Shown: piece by piece, positions 38,829 through 48,840 of the stretch
Position numbering within the stretch: position 1 is the first letter of the stretch
How the letters are laid out: every line of letters starts with the position of its first letter
From: an uncultured bacterium
GTDB taxonomy: Bacteria; Chloroflexota; UBA5177; JANWHV01
Reading direction: 5' to 3'
DNA length: 64,000 nt
Assembly: GCA_963827235.1 (NCBI GenBank)
Contig: CAWHAE010000017.1
Span: 1 to 64,000, forward strand
Translations under genes and position numbers: made by a program
The notes under the pieces: generated by a model
Seen by the model: only the letters and a program-made list of their open reading frames with translations
What the model was told of the DNA's origin: nothing
Databases searched by the model: none

Positions 38829-39043
38829 GGTTCGGCTGAGGCGTCATGGGGTAATCGGGAAGGGAGCCGACGAGACGTGAGAGGGAGCTATTGCTGCAAA
38901 CATTTCTTCGCCGGCAGGTGCCGGGGCATCGCGGATGACTGTCCGAGGTGGGCACGTGCCCTGGCAGTGACCATGCGCCGTGTGCAGCCGATCCTCGTTG
39001 TGGTCCGGCAGGCGCCACTTGGCCGGCTGGTCGCGGTGCAGCC

Positions 39044-40039
39044 ATGACTGCAAAACACGCGCGCGCGGATTCGGAGCGGCAACCTGCTAGTGTCACGCCG
39101 CTGCGATCGCCGCTGGCTCCGGCCACGCTCATGCCGCGCGTGGGCATCGATCCGGTGGCGGCATACCTGGCGACGCTGGCACCCAAGAGCCGCGCGGTCG
39201 TTCGGGAGCGCCTGCAAGCGGTGGCGCGGGAGATCGGCGCGGATCCGGCGAGCATGCCGTGGCACGAGCTTCGCGCGCCCCACGTCGACTTCATCCGCGG
39301 TCGCCTGCTCGAGCTGGGCCGGGCGCCCGCCACGGTCAATCTGACGCTGGCCGCGCTGCGCGGCGTGCTCAAACAGGCGCGCAATCAAAACCTGATTGCC
39401 GACGAGGAGTACCGACGGATTGCAGAGGTGAAGCCGGCGCGAGGATCGCGTCTGCCGGCCGGCCGTGATATCTCGGGCGGCGAGCTGCGCGCCATGGTGG
39501 AAGTCTGCGTACATGATCAGGGCGCAGCCGGCCCGCGCGACCTGGCGATCCTTGCCGTGCTCTACATCGGCGGCTTGCGGCGCAGCGAGCTGGTGGCACT
39601 CGACGTCACTGACTATGGCGCCGATCCTCCCTCATTGCGTGTGCGGCACGGCAAGGGCGATAAGGAGCGATTGGTGCCGCTCACCGGCAGCGCTGCGTCG
39701 GCACTCGAGTCCTGGCTGCGTAGGCGGGGAGAGCGCCCAGGCCGGCTCTTCCTGCCGGTGACGCAGTCCGGCGTCGTGACCGGCGAGTCGATAAGCTCCA
39801 TCGCCGTGTACAACATGCTGCAAAAGCGCGCCAAGCAAGCCGGTGTCGCCCACCTATCCCCTCACGACCTCCGGCGCACGTTTGTCAGCGACCTCTTGGA
39901 CGCCGGCGTCGATCTCTCTGCAGCCCAGCAGTTGGCCGGCCACGCCAGTGTGGTGACCACCGCCCGCTACGATCGTCGCGGTGAGGCAACCAAGCGCAGG
40001 AGCGTCGAAAAACTGCACTTCCCGCTGCCTGCTATGTAG
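39044..40039 (+). CDS. Tyrosine recombinase (XerC/D-like, resolvase-type)
   Basis: Catalytic set GLRRSE, HGKGDK, HDLRR, LAGH, TARY; N-terminal SAM-like region (APATVNLTLAALRGV); no arm-binding domain. Confidence 0.93.
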   Translation: MTAKHARADSERQPASVTPLRSPLAPATLMPRVGIDPVAAYLATLAPKSRAVVRERLQAVAREIGADPASMPWHELRAPHVDFIRGRLLELGRAPATVNLTLAALRGVLKQARNQNLIADEEYRRIAEVKPARGSRLPAGRDISGGELRAMVEVCVHDQGAAGPRDLAILAVLYIGGLRRSELVALDVTDYGADPPSLRVRHGKGDKERLVPLTGSAASALESWLRRRGERPGRLFLPVTQSGVVTGESISSIAVYNMLQKRAKQAGVAHLSPHDLRRTFVSDLLDAGVDLSAAQQLAGHASVVTTARYDRRGEATKRRSVEKLHFPLPAM

Positions 40040-40564
40040 AAGACAATTCGCCGCGCCGATGGCCCGTTCCATGGGGTCAACGGTGATCGAGCACCGGCGC
40101 AGGCTGCCGCCGGACACACGCCACTCGGCGAGCACGACGAGACCGCACGTACCGCCATTGCCCAGCGCATCACGGCGGCGCCGGCCGCGAGCGCACGATC
40201 CTATATATATGCATGGTATATGTGGCGGATGCTGGGGGTGCACATGTGCGCGGGCGAATCCCTGCCAAGCTCGGCAAATGGGCAGCCCGGAAGGGGGCCT
40301 CGGCCGTCAGTACCCTCCTCCGCGAACATGTGGCGCCGTCTCGCGGGCAGACAGAACTGCGGCGGCGGCCCGTCCACTGCTGCGACGGTCATGATAATGC
40401 GGCCATACGGTCCGCGGCCCGGGTCATCGTGAGGCCACGTGCACGGCGATCTCGCCTCGGAACCCTGTGCGCGGTAGTTGGTCGATCGCGATCCTCCACT
40501 TGGGAGCATGCCGCCGGCTATGACGACAACCGGCCGTGGCTCAAGATGGTGGAAGATTGAGGCA

Positions 40565-40760
40565 ATGACAGTACGGCACAATGGTGCGGCCTCCCAGTTC
40601 GAGGTGCAACACGACGATCTCCTTGCGGTGCTGCAATACGATCGCACCGACAAGCGCTTGATCCTGGTGCACACCGAAGCGCCTGAGCCATTGGCAGGCA
40701 GAGGCGTCGGTACCGCGCTGGCACGAGCGGCGCTGGCCTACGCCGGGGCGCATCGGCTCT
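40565..40760 (+). pseudogene. YjdJ-like small GNAT acetyltransferase, 3' truncated
   Basis: MTVRHNGAASQFE...LVHTEAPEPLAGRGVGTALARAAL; lacks the terminal P-x-C-x-F/Y segment and runs into IS sequence. Confidence 0.75.
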
Positions 40761-40764
40761 TCTT

Positions 40765-41085
40765 GCATCGACGAGGTGCGCACGGCCTACCGCGCCCCAA
40801 AGGAGAACTCCATCTGTGAGCGCCTGCTTGGCAGCGTACGCCGCGAGTGCCTGGATCACGCGTTTGTCCTCAACGAAGCGCACTTGCTCCGTGTCCTCCA
40901 GGAGTACGTAGTGTATTACAACACGGTCCGACCACATCAAGGCTTAGGCCAGCGTATCCCCGATCCACCGCATGCGGCTAGCCCGGTCACAGGCGCAGTC
41001 CAGGCCACGCCGGTGCTTGGCGGGCTTCACCATGCCTACGCTCGGGCAGCTTGAAGGCGTGTGGACGCACTTTTCAGCCAGCACA
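40765..41085 (+). mobile_element. Right-end remnant of an integrase-core (IS481/IS3-like) insertion sequence
   Basis: RAPKENSICERLLGSVRRECLDH...YYNTVRPHQGLGQ...LGGLHHAYARAA*, followed by a probable terminal IR ending ...TTTTCAGCCAGCACA at 41085. Confidence 0.8.
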
Positions 41086-41200
41086 GGGGCGACTTCGCCG
41101 GCGTGCATATGGTGCCGACAGAGAGCAGCGACGTGCCGGACGAGCAGGAAGCACGCCTCGTCGTGCTGGGGCCCGAGTATCCGCATAGCGGCAAAGACGC
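41086..41200 (+). pseudogene. Internal fragment resembling a DUF499-family ATPase
   Basis: GDFAGVHMVPTESSDVPDEQEARLVVLGPEYPH begins at the IS end; recalled similarity to DUF499 proteins. Confidence 0.5.
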
Positions 41201-41291
41201 CAGCGCGTACGGTCCTCCCGAGGTCGCGCATCAGTTCGGCCTCTCCGACGCGGAGCTGGACGAGATGGAGGACCGGCGGACCGGGCGATAG

Positions 41292-41925
41292 TCACGGCTC
41301 CGGCACCGCGCGCTGCGCCTCGCGCGGTTCCAGCAAGGTGACGGGCAGGCTGAGCCCAAACGTGCTTCCCGTATCGCCCGTCGCCTCCAGCTCGAGCCTG
41401 CCGCCCATCGATTCGGCGTAGGCACGCCCGAGGTAGAGCCCCAGCCCGGTGCCGACGTGACCGGCACGTATGCGGCTGCCCGGCACGCGGCCGAAGCGCG
41501 TGCACAAGGCGCCTCGACCTTCTTCCGGTATGCCGCAGCCGTGGTCGCGCACGCGGATTGCAGCCTGGTCGTCCTCCCGCACCCACCGCACTTCGACGGG
41601 GCTGCCTTCCGGGGAGTACTTGGCGGCATTATCGAGCAGGTTGGTCAGCACCTGTTCCAGCAGCGACGGATCCGCCAGAACCGCGACGTCCATAGGACCC
41701 GTAGCATCGACAAGCTGGTTCGCATAGCTGCCGTTAACAGCCGCGGCGGCACGCTCGACCACTTCAAGCAGGGCGACCGGTTCACAGGGCACGCGCAGTC
41801 TCTGGTCCTCGTACGTCCCGGCACGCAGAAGATCGTCGACGAGCCGCTTCTGGCGGTTTGCGGCCAGCAGGATGCGCTGCAAGTGCAGCATCCGCTGGGT
41901 GTCGGTCGGTCGATCCCAGTGCGCC
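41292..41925 (-). pseudogene. Sensor histidine kinase C-terminal part (HATPase_c), lacking the H-box
   Basis: LEQVLTNLLDNAAKYSP, VRDHGCGIP, GTGLGLY, GSTF; no HELRTP upstream. Confidence 0.85.
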
Positions 41926-41929
41926 CCGG

Positions 41930-42405
41930 CCGATGTCGCCGGCGCTCTGAACTGGTGGAATCCACGTGTAGGCGGTCCTGTTTTCACCGCCCGCGCGCTC
42001 CTCCGCTAGCCGCCAGTCCGGCTCGCGGTGGACGTGCGCCAGCTCGAAGCAGGGCGGGATCGTGTAGTCGTCGGCCATGCGCCGGCCGTAGAAGAGCTCC
42101 TGGCGCAGCCTCAGCTCCCACTCGCGCGCAATGCTATCGGTGCACTTGAGCGTGTCTGGCGGGAGGATCTCGCTCCAAGCGTTTCGTTGGAAGACCACGA
42201 TGAGGGGGCGTGCGGGCTCGAGGCGATTGTGGCGCCGCCACAGCTCCCGCTTCTCCAGCTCGGACGGCAGCGCCGCCAACCATGGCACATCCGCGGCCAA
42301 CGCCCGCAAGACCGCCCGATCCTGCACGCCGATATCCGGCTCCAGTGCAACCAGATCCGTCTCAACGATCAAGTCCGTTGCCGGCCTCTCAGCTATTCGC
42401 TCCAT
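41930..42405 (-). pseudogene. URO-D/methyltransferase-like protein, 3' truncated
   Basis: DRAVLRALAA...EKRELWRRHNRLEPARP...WSEILP..LKCTD..AREWELRLR; breaks off into kinase sequence at ~41930. Confidence 0.55.
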
Positions 42406-42487
42406 CCCCTACTCCTCACCTACCACGCACGGAAAGTGCTGGCCGGGTCGGCGGAAATCAATAGGGCTCGCAGTCGTCCGGCTCATA

Positions 42488-43537
42488 TTAGCGCTGGCAC
42501 GCGTCAGAAAGCAGCGCGACAACCCGGCGGGCCTCCTCCTCGTCGAGCACTGTGACTTCGAAGGCGATGTGGGCCGTCGGTGGCATGGCGGGTAGCCAAG
42601 ACGAGAGCGGCTCCTCCCAATTGTGCAACTGCGAAACGCACTCGGCAAAGTACGCTGCAGCTTCGTGCAGGATTCCTGGACGCTCCAGTCCGAAAAGATT
42701 GAGGAGACGTAGCCCGGGCAGGCGCCTGAAGTTAGCCCATTGGTGGTGGGCGTTGGCACAGCAGTGCACGCCAATGCCACCATAGCGGCCGGAGAGTCGC
42801 ACAAGTTCGGGCATGACGAGTGCTGCTCCCATCCGGGAACTTATCGCCCCGACTTCGTCGACGGATACGCTCACACCGCGCCGCAGGTAGTAGTGCGGAT
42901 AGTGCGCGACGCACTCCACACCATAGCGGCGAAACCACTCGTCGAGAAACGCCGTCACCAGTGCTTCCACCTTCGCCGTCAACTCCTGCACCGCGGCTGG
43001 GCAGTCAAGCAGCGCGGTGTAGAAGCTCTTCTTCTCCCACAGCAGAGCCGCGATGTCGAACGGCGACTGGATGTCAGGCAGGCGCATGACCGCCTGCGGA
43101 CCGGCTCGCCGGCGCAACTCGTCGGCGATGGCGAGGAGGCTGCCCAGTGGTTCGACGTCGATGGACGGCACTTGCACCGCCGCTACCTGCTCAGGGCTAT
43201 TGATCAGCGGCAGGGCAAACGGCATGTTGTCAGGCGGTCGAAACACATTGCAGCCGAATGCGGCGGCGAATATCTCCGTGCCCGAGTATGGGTCCAGGCA
43301 GGGAATTCTATCGTCGTCAAGCCAGGCCAGCCGATCCAACTCACGCAAGTAAGTGTTCCAGGCCCATTCGACCCGAGCTGGGATGTTGGAGGGCCATGGA
43401 TAAGGCCGGGCATTCAGCTCGCCGTCGAAGACAATAACCCACACCGGTGGGCATGGCGCGCGCATGTTCTGCAGTGTGTCCCAGCGCGCCTTCCGCTCCG
43501 AGATATGGTCGGAGCTGGTGATGCTGGCAGGACCCAT
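42488..43537 (-). CDS. Uroporphyrinogen decarboxylase-like / MtaA-CmuA superfamily protein
   Basis: GTEIFAAAFG, PDIQSPFDIAALLW, FYTALLDCP, SVDEVGAIS, GVHCCA. Confidence 0.75.
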   Translation of the reverse strand: MGPASITSSDHISERKARWDTLQNMRAPCPPVWVIVFDGELNARPYPWPSNIPARVEWAWNTYLRELDRLAWLDDDRIPCLDPYSGTEIFAAAFGCNVFRPPDNMPFALPLINSPEQVAAVQVPSIDVEPLGSLLAIADELRRRAGPQAVMRLPDIQSPFDIAALLWEKKSFYTALLDCPAAVQELTAKVEALVTAFLDEWFRRYGVECVAHYPHYYLRRGVSVSVDEVGAISSRMGAALVMPELVRLSGRYGGIGVHCCANAHHQWANFRRLPGLRLLNLFGLERPGILHEAAAYFAECVSQLHNWEEPLSSWLPAMPPTAHIAFEVTVLDEEEARRVVALLSDACQR

Positions 43538-43538
43538 G

Positions 43539-44417
43539 TTAGCCACCTGCGTGCAGACCGGTAGCCTCGGCGAACCGGCGGAGCGCCGCCAGGTGCATGG
43601 CCGGCGTAACAAAGCCGCATCCAGTGGTCTGCACTATGGCGTGGGAGGCGCCGACCGCCTGCCAGTCCTGCAAGAGCTTCTGCCACGCGGCAGGATCGCC
43701 TGTGCCATAGGGGATACGCGCCTCCAGTCCGACATCTGCCCGGCTGCGGCCCGCCTCCGCGAGGCAGCGGCCGAGCAGCGCGAGCCCGGGATCTGCTTCC
43801 TTGGCGCTGGTGTACAGAGGCATCCAGCCATCGCCCAGCCGTGCCACGCGACGTAGAGCCGCCTCGGACTGCCCGCCGAACCAGAGCGGGATAGGCCGCT
43901 GCACCGGGAGCGGACTGAACCCCGCATCGGGGATGGTGTGCCAATGGCCGTGGAAGCTCACCGACGCCTGGGTCCACAACTGGCGCAGGAGCTGCACTTG
44001 CTCCTCCACCCTGGTTGCTCTGGTGCGCATCTCCGAGCCCAGTGCGAGGTACTCATACTCGTTCCAGCCGAGGCCCACGCCAAGCCGCAGCCGGCCTCCG
44101 CTTAACACATCGAGGGTAGCGGCCTGCTTGGCTACCAGCACGGTCTGGCGCTCCGGCAACAGTAGCACCCAGGTGTTGAACCGCAGCGTCCGGGTCACCG
44201 CCGCCATGAAGCCGAAGAGCACGAGCGGCTCGTAGAACGGGGTCTTGTTGGTTACCCAGCCCGTCCAGCCGCCGGGCCGCTCCGGGTTGGGGCCGATGAC
44301 GTGGTCGTCGGCACCGACGTGGCTGAAGCCGAGCGCTTCGACGGTCTGAGCGTAGTCGCGTACGGCAACAGGATCGGTGCCGAACTCGACGTGGGGGAAC
44401 ACAACTCCGATCTGCAT
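43539..44417 (-). CDS. LLM-class, probably F420-dependent, oxidoreductase (Rv2161c-like)
   Basis: MQIGVVFP, DHVIG, EPLVLFG, VAKQAATLDVLSGGRLRLGVGLGWN, GDGWMP. Confidence 0.9.
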   Translation of the reverse strand: MQIGVVFPHVEFGTDPVAVRDYAQTVEALGFSHVGADDHVIGPNPERPGGWTGWVTNKTPFYEPLVLFGFMAAVTRTLRFNTWVLLLPERQTVLVAKQAATLDVLSGGRLRLGVGLGWNEYEYLALGSEMRTRATRVEEQVQLLRQLWTQASVSFHGHWHTIPDAGFSPLPVQRPIPLWFGGQSEAALRRVARLGDGWMPLYTSAKEADPGLALLGRCLAEAGRSRADVGLEARIPYGTGDPAAWQKLLQDWQAVGASHAIVQTTGCGFVTPAMHLAALRRFAEATGLHAGG

Positions 44418-44604
44418 GGCTGCTCCTCACGGTGTCTCGCGCGTGCCGCCTTGTTTCATACGGTACCCGGTGCATGGTAGCGCGGCAGGGCGGTGGCTGG
44501 TATCGCATGGTCATGGTTAGCACGCTCGAGGCATCAGGTAGTGATCGACGATTCAGCTGTCCAACTTAGCTGGAAATACGGCACATCCCTTTGATGGGCT
44601 CCGT

Positions 44605-45246
44605 TCACGCAAGTGGCAGGGTGAGCATCGTCAGCGAGCGCGCAGGAACGGTCGGGTCTACCTCGCGGACCCGCCGCGCAGTCTCCAGGGCCAGCTCCGC
44701 ATAGGCCACAGGACTTTTCTGCCCGATTTCCCAGCGCCCGTACATCTCGTTCCCGAGGTCCCAGATGGGAAAGCCGAACGGCTCGGGTACCCCATTGGTT
44801 GCACGGAGCCGGGTCAGCGTAGAGTCCTGTCGCGAATTGCAGTACTCCACCCAGTCGGCAGCCTCCTCCGGCGTGCCGTTGCCCAGGTTCAGACAGAAGG
44901 CAGGAACGGCACCTACGCGCCGACAGTAGTCCACAAACTCGTGCGTGCCGACCGCGTTGGTCTCGATCACGCGCCAGGCGCGATTGAACCGGACGGGGCG
45001 CGCCTCGCGAGGGCCGACGCCGTCGCGCCAGTGGTAGCCCGAGTCGAAGTTCCCGCCTGGGTAGCGCAACTGCGTGGGTGCCAACCCTCGTACCGCCTCG
45101 ATGGCATCGTGACGGAAGCCATCTTCAGCCGCGAGCAGTGATTCCGGATCATAACTACCGTCGCATACGCAGCGCGGCAGGTACCCGACAAAGCCCCCGA
45201 ACAGCAATGGGTCAATGCGGCCGATCGCGTGTACATGGTCAGCCAT
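44605..45246 (-). pseudogene. GH51 alpha-L-arabinofuranosidase, truncated and degenerate
   Basis: RYPGGNF, YHWRDGVGP, GTHEF, NLGNG, WVEYCN, LGNEMYG. It ends after VDPT, so the nucleophile half is missing, and EHLGR has become GYLPR. Confidence 0.85.
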
Positions 45247-45382
45247 GATGCTGGCCGTCCTGAAGGATGCCCTCCCAGGGTGGGTGGTCTGACATGTCCC
45301 AATTCTCTCTCTAGGGCAGATTCGATGCGGCGCTCTTGCAAGCGCACGGCGAATCTCCGGGCGTGCAGCAGGCACATGCCAC

Positions 45383-47809
45383 TCACGAGCCACGACTTGC
45401 CTCGACCGTGACTGCAGCTCCGGCCGGGAGGCACAGTAGCTGAGAGGAAGCCATGCTTTCGCCCATTGTCTGGCCAACTGGGCTGCGAACGACCATAGTG
45501 CGCAACTCGGCAGGGAATGTCACCATCAGGGTCTGGGCCTTGGCCGAACGGATCACGGCACGGGCAGAACCGCGATCCCATGCCAGGCTATCTACGACAA
45601 CCTGGCCACGACAGGCAATGCCCTCGATGGCACCGCGCTCCCACTGCTCCGGCAGCGCAGGCAGCAGGTCGAGCGAGCCGCGACTCGACTGGACCAGCAT
45701 CTCCGCGATCACTGCCGGGAGACCGCCGGCAAGATCGACGTTGAATATGGCATCCGGATCGTGCCTGGGCACCAGCGACGGGCGCCAATAGCGCGTGGCC
45801 AGCAGCTCGACGACTTCGTATGCGATGCTGGCCATGTGCAGGTGCGCCGCCGCGAGGCCGAGCTGCACGAGCCCGAAGGCCATTTCTCCGCCGTCCTGCT
45901 CGCGCCGCCACGCCATGCGCGCGAGCACGGCGCGGCGGCAGGCTCCGAGCAGATCCGGACACCTGGCGATCTCCGGGTCCACCTCGTACATCACCGGGTA
46001 GAGGTGAGAGGCGTGCCGGTGCGCCTGGTTCGGCTGCACACCCGGCCAGGCCCATTCCGCCAGCGTGCCGTCCTGGCTGATCGCATAGGCCGGCATCATG
46101 GTTAGCATCTCCAACCACCGTGGCACCTTGTCGGCATTGACATGCATCGTCTCGCTGGCCGCGATCAGACTGCGAAGCAGGTCCTTGGCCACCGCGATAT
46201 CCATCGTCGCGTTCACGCACGCCTGCGACGACGAGTTACCGGGGTTGTTCTCCGGCGAGTAGGACGGCGCGAAGATGTACCTGCGGTCGGGGCCCTCGAC
46301 GAGGAAATCCTCGTAGAACGCGGCGACTTCTTCCATGAAGGGCAGGGCATGTGCTGCCAGGAAGTCGTCATCGCCCGTGTACTGCCAGTAGTCGTAGAAG
46401 AATCGTGCAGCCCAACCCGCCCCGGCCGTCCAGAACTCGTGGCACCAAATCTGGTTGAAGTGGTTCTGCAGGCCGCGAGTGCTCGTGTGCGCCGGCAGGT
46501 GGATTCCACGACAGGCATACAGGCACCGCGCGTTCTCGCGCATGTCGTCAAGCAAGGATTCGAGATAGGAGAAGTACCCCTGCAACAGCTCCGGCGTACT
46601 TGTGCTCAACAGGCTGGCCAGCGCAGACTGGGTGTTGCCGTTGTGGACGAAGTGGCCAGACCACCCCAGGTCCCAGGTGGCCGTCCACACTCCCCGCAGT
46701 GTGGGCGGAAGGTCGCCGCAGCTGGAGATGATGCCGTAGCGGCCGGCATCGAATTCCTTCTCGAGCAGTGCCGGTCTCAGCCCGGCGTGCCGTGATAGCG
46801 CCAACAGCTCCTCCGAGGGCAGCCCGCGCTCGCGCTCACCGCCCAGATCCAGGCGCGATCGCGTGACCAGATCGGCGTGCACCGCTGTGTGCCTGGCGAG
46901 CAACCGCTCGAAGTCCGGCTCGACCCCGCGGAGCCTCTGCTGCAGATCGGAGAGCGGCAGCGCCGGTGTGCTGCTAACGTCGAGCGCGGCCAGGACGACG
47001 ACCTCGTCGGCACCTGTGACGACCACGCCCCGGCCATCGCTCTTCATCGCGCCGCCTGCGGCTATCACCCGCACGACCCCTGCATAGCCGCGGAGGCTGC
47101 CCGGCCACTCTCTGCGGAAGCGGCTACAGTAGCTGAGCATGTCGCGCGACACACCATACGTGACATCAGCGACGCCCTCGCTGAAGACCTGGTCGTTGTG
47201 CGACCCACTCGCGTCTGGTGGTGTGGCGGCCACCTGGATCGCCACATCGACCTGCCCGTGGCCGGGACCGTTGATGGCAAGCACGACCATGTCGTCGGGC
47301 CGGGAGGCGAACAGCCGCCGGGTGAACGGGCCTCTATCGTCGGCCCAGCGCACGGTGACGACGCCGGTGGTAAAGCATACCCCGCGACTACAGTGGCGGA
47401 TTGCGCCCGCTGCCGGCATTCGCAGACGCAGGTCGAAGCCCGGCACAAGCGGGTCGCTCCAGCGTAGAGCGAAGCCAGGCACGAGCGGGTCGCTCCCGGC
47501 CAGATCTTCGCCGTACCCCTCGCGCTCGGCTTCGGCCGCGATTTCGTCGGCGGCCGCCTGGTACTGTCCTGCCAGCAACCGGTCACGGATGTGTGCCAGG
47601 TGCTGCGCCATGTATACGGGAGGCAACGGCCGTTCCAGAGGCAGGAATAGCCGTTCGTGGCTGAGTGTGACGACTTCGTCCGCCGGGTCACAAGCAACCA
47701 ATGCACCTAGACGGCCGCTGCCGCTGATCAGTCGGTCTTCCCAGGATGATGCCGCTGTCTGGCTCCAGAAGCCGCGGTCGTCGGAGCACACGTCCCCATC
47801 CCTATTCAA
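45383..47809 (-). CDS. GH95-family glycoside hydrolase (alpha-L-fucosidase/galactosidase-like)
   Basis: GSGRLGA, GRYGIISS, HNGN, PSYSPEN, HRHASHL, FNVD, EMLVQS, LLPALP. Confidence 0.85.
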   Translation of the reverse strand: MNRDGDVCSDDRGFWSQTAASSWEDRLISGSGRLGALVACDPADEVVTLSHERLFLPLERPLPPVYMAQHLAHIRDRLLAGQYQAAADEIAAEAEREGYGEDLAGSDPLVPGFALRWSDPLVPGFDLRLRMPAAGAIRHCSRGVCFTTGVVTVRWADDRGPFTRRLFASRPDDMVVLAINGPGHGQVDVAIQVAATPPDASGSHNDQVFSEGVADVTYGVSRDMLSYCSRFRREWPGSLRGYAGVVRVIAAGGAMKSDGRGVVVTGADEVVVLAALDVSSTPALPLSDLQQRLRGVEPDFERLLARHTAVHADLVTRSRLDLGGERERGLPSEELLALSRHAGLRPALLEKEFDAGRYGIISSCGDLPPTLRGVWTATWDLGWSGHFVHNGNTQSALASLLSTSTPELLQGYFSYLESLLDDMRENARCLYACRGIHLPAHTSTRGLQNHFNQIWCHEFWTAGAGWAARFFYDYWQYTGDDDFLAAHALPFMEEVAAFYEDFLVEGPDRRYIFAPSYSPENNPGNSSSQACVNATMDIAVAKDLLRSLIAASETMHVNADKVPRWLEMLTMMPAYAISQDGTLAEWAWPGVQPNQAHRHASHLYPVMYEVDPEIARCPDLLGACRRAVLARMAWRREQDGGEMAFGLVQLGLAAAHLHMASIAYEVVELLATRYWRPSLVPRHDPDAIFNVDLAGGLPAVIAEMLVQSSRGSLDLLPALPEQWERGAIEGIACRGQVVVDSLAWDRGSARAVIRSAKAQTLMVTFPAELRTMVVRSPVGQTMGESMASSQLLCLPAGAAVTVEASRGS

Positions 47810-48788
47810 GAAACGGCCCCGTGATAGCGATCCCAGCCGGTTGCGCCGGGCGGGCGCCAGTTACCGCCTTCTTGCGCCACGAGTACTGCGGCTCATAGCC
47901 CAGCCGTTGGCGCGCGTGCTCAATGCTGATCAGGAAGTCGTCGGGTCCCATGTTCGCCGTCATCGGAGCCAGCCCGGGATACAGTCGCCGCACTGCATCG
48001 CGTGGCGACTCGGCCGTTGTGCGATCGCTGGCCAGGAAGTATCGCTCATGCAGGTCCAAGCTGGGGGTTTCAATGGCAAGGCGGAATGCCTGCGCCGCGT
48101 CTCGACCGTCTACGTAAAGCCATCCGTCGAACGGAACGTCCGAGGCTCCGTTGGGCGTTTCCACCCGCTCGTGGAACCGCCGCGCGCTGTCGTCGCGATG
48201 CGCATAGTAGACGCCCATCAGGCGGAACGCCACCGTGCGCAGCCCATAGGCTCGGCTATAGGCGGCGAGCATCTCCTCGTTCAGAGCCTTTGAGACGCTG
48301 TATGAGTCCTCGGGCGCCAATGGATGATCCTCATCGATCGGGAGATAGCTGGGGTTCCAGGCGGCATCGCTGAGGCGAAACCCCAGGCCAAGCACGAAGA
48401 ACGTGCTGGCAAAGGCCACCACCTTCACTCCGGCGCTCCGCGCTGCCTCGAGGATGTAGTAAGTGCCGAGCGTGTTGACTCGGAATGTCTCGTCTTCCGG
48501 CAGTTTGGGCAAACCCGGGGGCGGGGATTTGAACATGGGATGGTCGGTCGGGAAGGGGATTGCGCCGACATGGCAAATCGCCTCGGCCGGCGCCGCGGCG
48601 ACCGCGGCGCGGCAGTCTTCCGCGCTGGTCAGCTCGCCCTGCACGAACGGCAGATCGGTGTGCCAGGGAACGGGCGCCTGCGAGGGTGCCAGGCGATCGA
48701 AAAGCGTGACATGGTGCCCGTGCTCAACCAGCTCCGAAGCGATACAGCGGCCGAGGTTGCCGGCGCCGCCTGTAACCAGCACCTTCAT
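47802..48788 (-). CDS. NAD-dependent epimerase/dehydrogenase (extended SDR)
   Basis: VLVTGGAGNLG, YLPIDEDHP, YSVSK. Confidence 0.9.
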   Translation of the reverse strand: MKVLVTGGAGNLGRCIASELVEHGHHVTLFDRLAPSQAPVPWHTDLPFVQGELTSAEDCRAAVAAAPAEAICHVGAIPFPTDHPMFKSPPPGLPKLPEDETFRVNTLGTYYILEAARSAGVKVVAFASTFFVLGLGFRLSDAAWNPSYLPIDEDHPLAPEDSYSVSKALNEEMLAAYSRAYGLRTVAFRLMGVYYAHRDDSARRFHERVETPNGASDVPFDGWLYVDGRDAAQAFRLAIETPSLDLHERYFLASDRTTAESPRDAVRRLYPGLAPMTANMGPDDFLISIEHARQRLGYEPQYSWRKKAVTGARPAQPAGIAITGPFLE

Positions 48789-48840
48789 GCGTAACAGCTC
48801 TCCCTTCTCATCTCGACATTCGACTCGCGTCGACACATCA

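Noticed and set aside
39044-40039. Integron integrase or prophage integrase
   Set aside because: No IntI-specific insertion, attC cassettes, arm-binding domain, tRNA target or phage genes.
40198-40250. AT-rich TATATATATGCATGGTATATG patch and GCACATGTGC palindrome as a second recombination site
   Set aside because: No similarity to the 38801 arms and no 11-6-11 geometry.
40518-40940. Minus-strand 140-aa ORF (MMWSDRVV...VIQALAAYAAKQALTDGV)
   Set aside because: Antisense shadow of the IS integrase-core remnant on the + strand.
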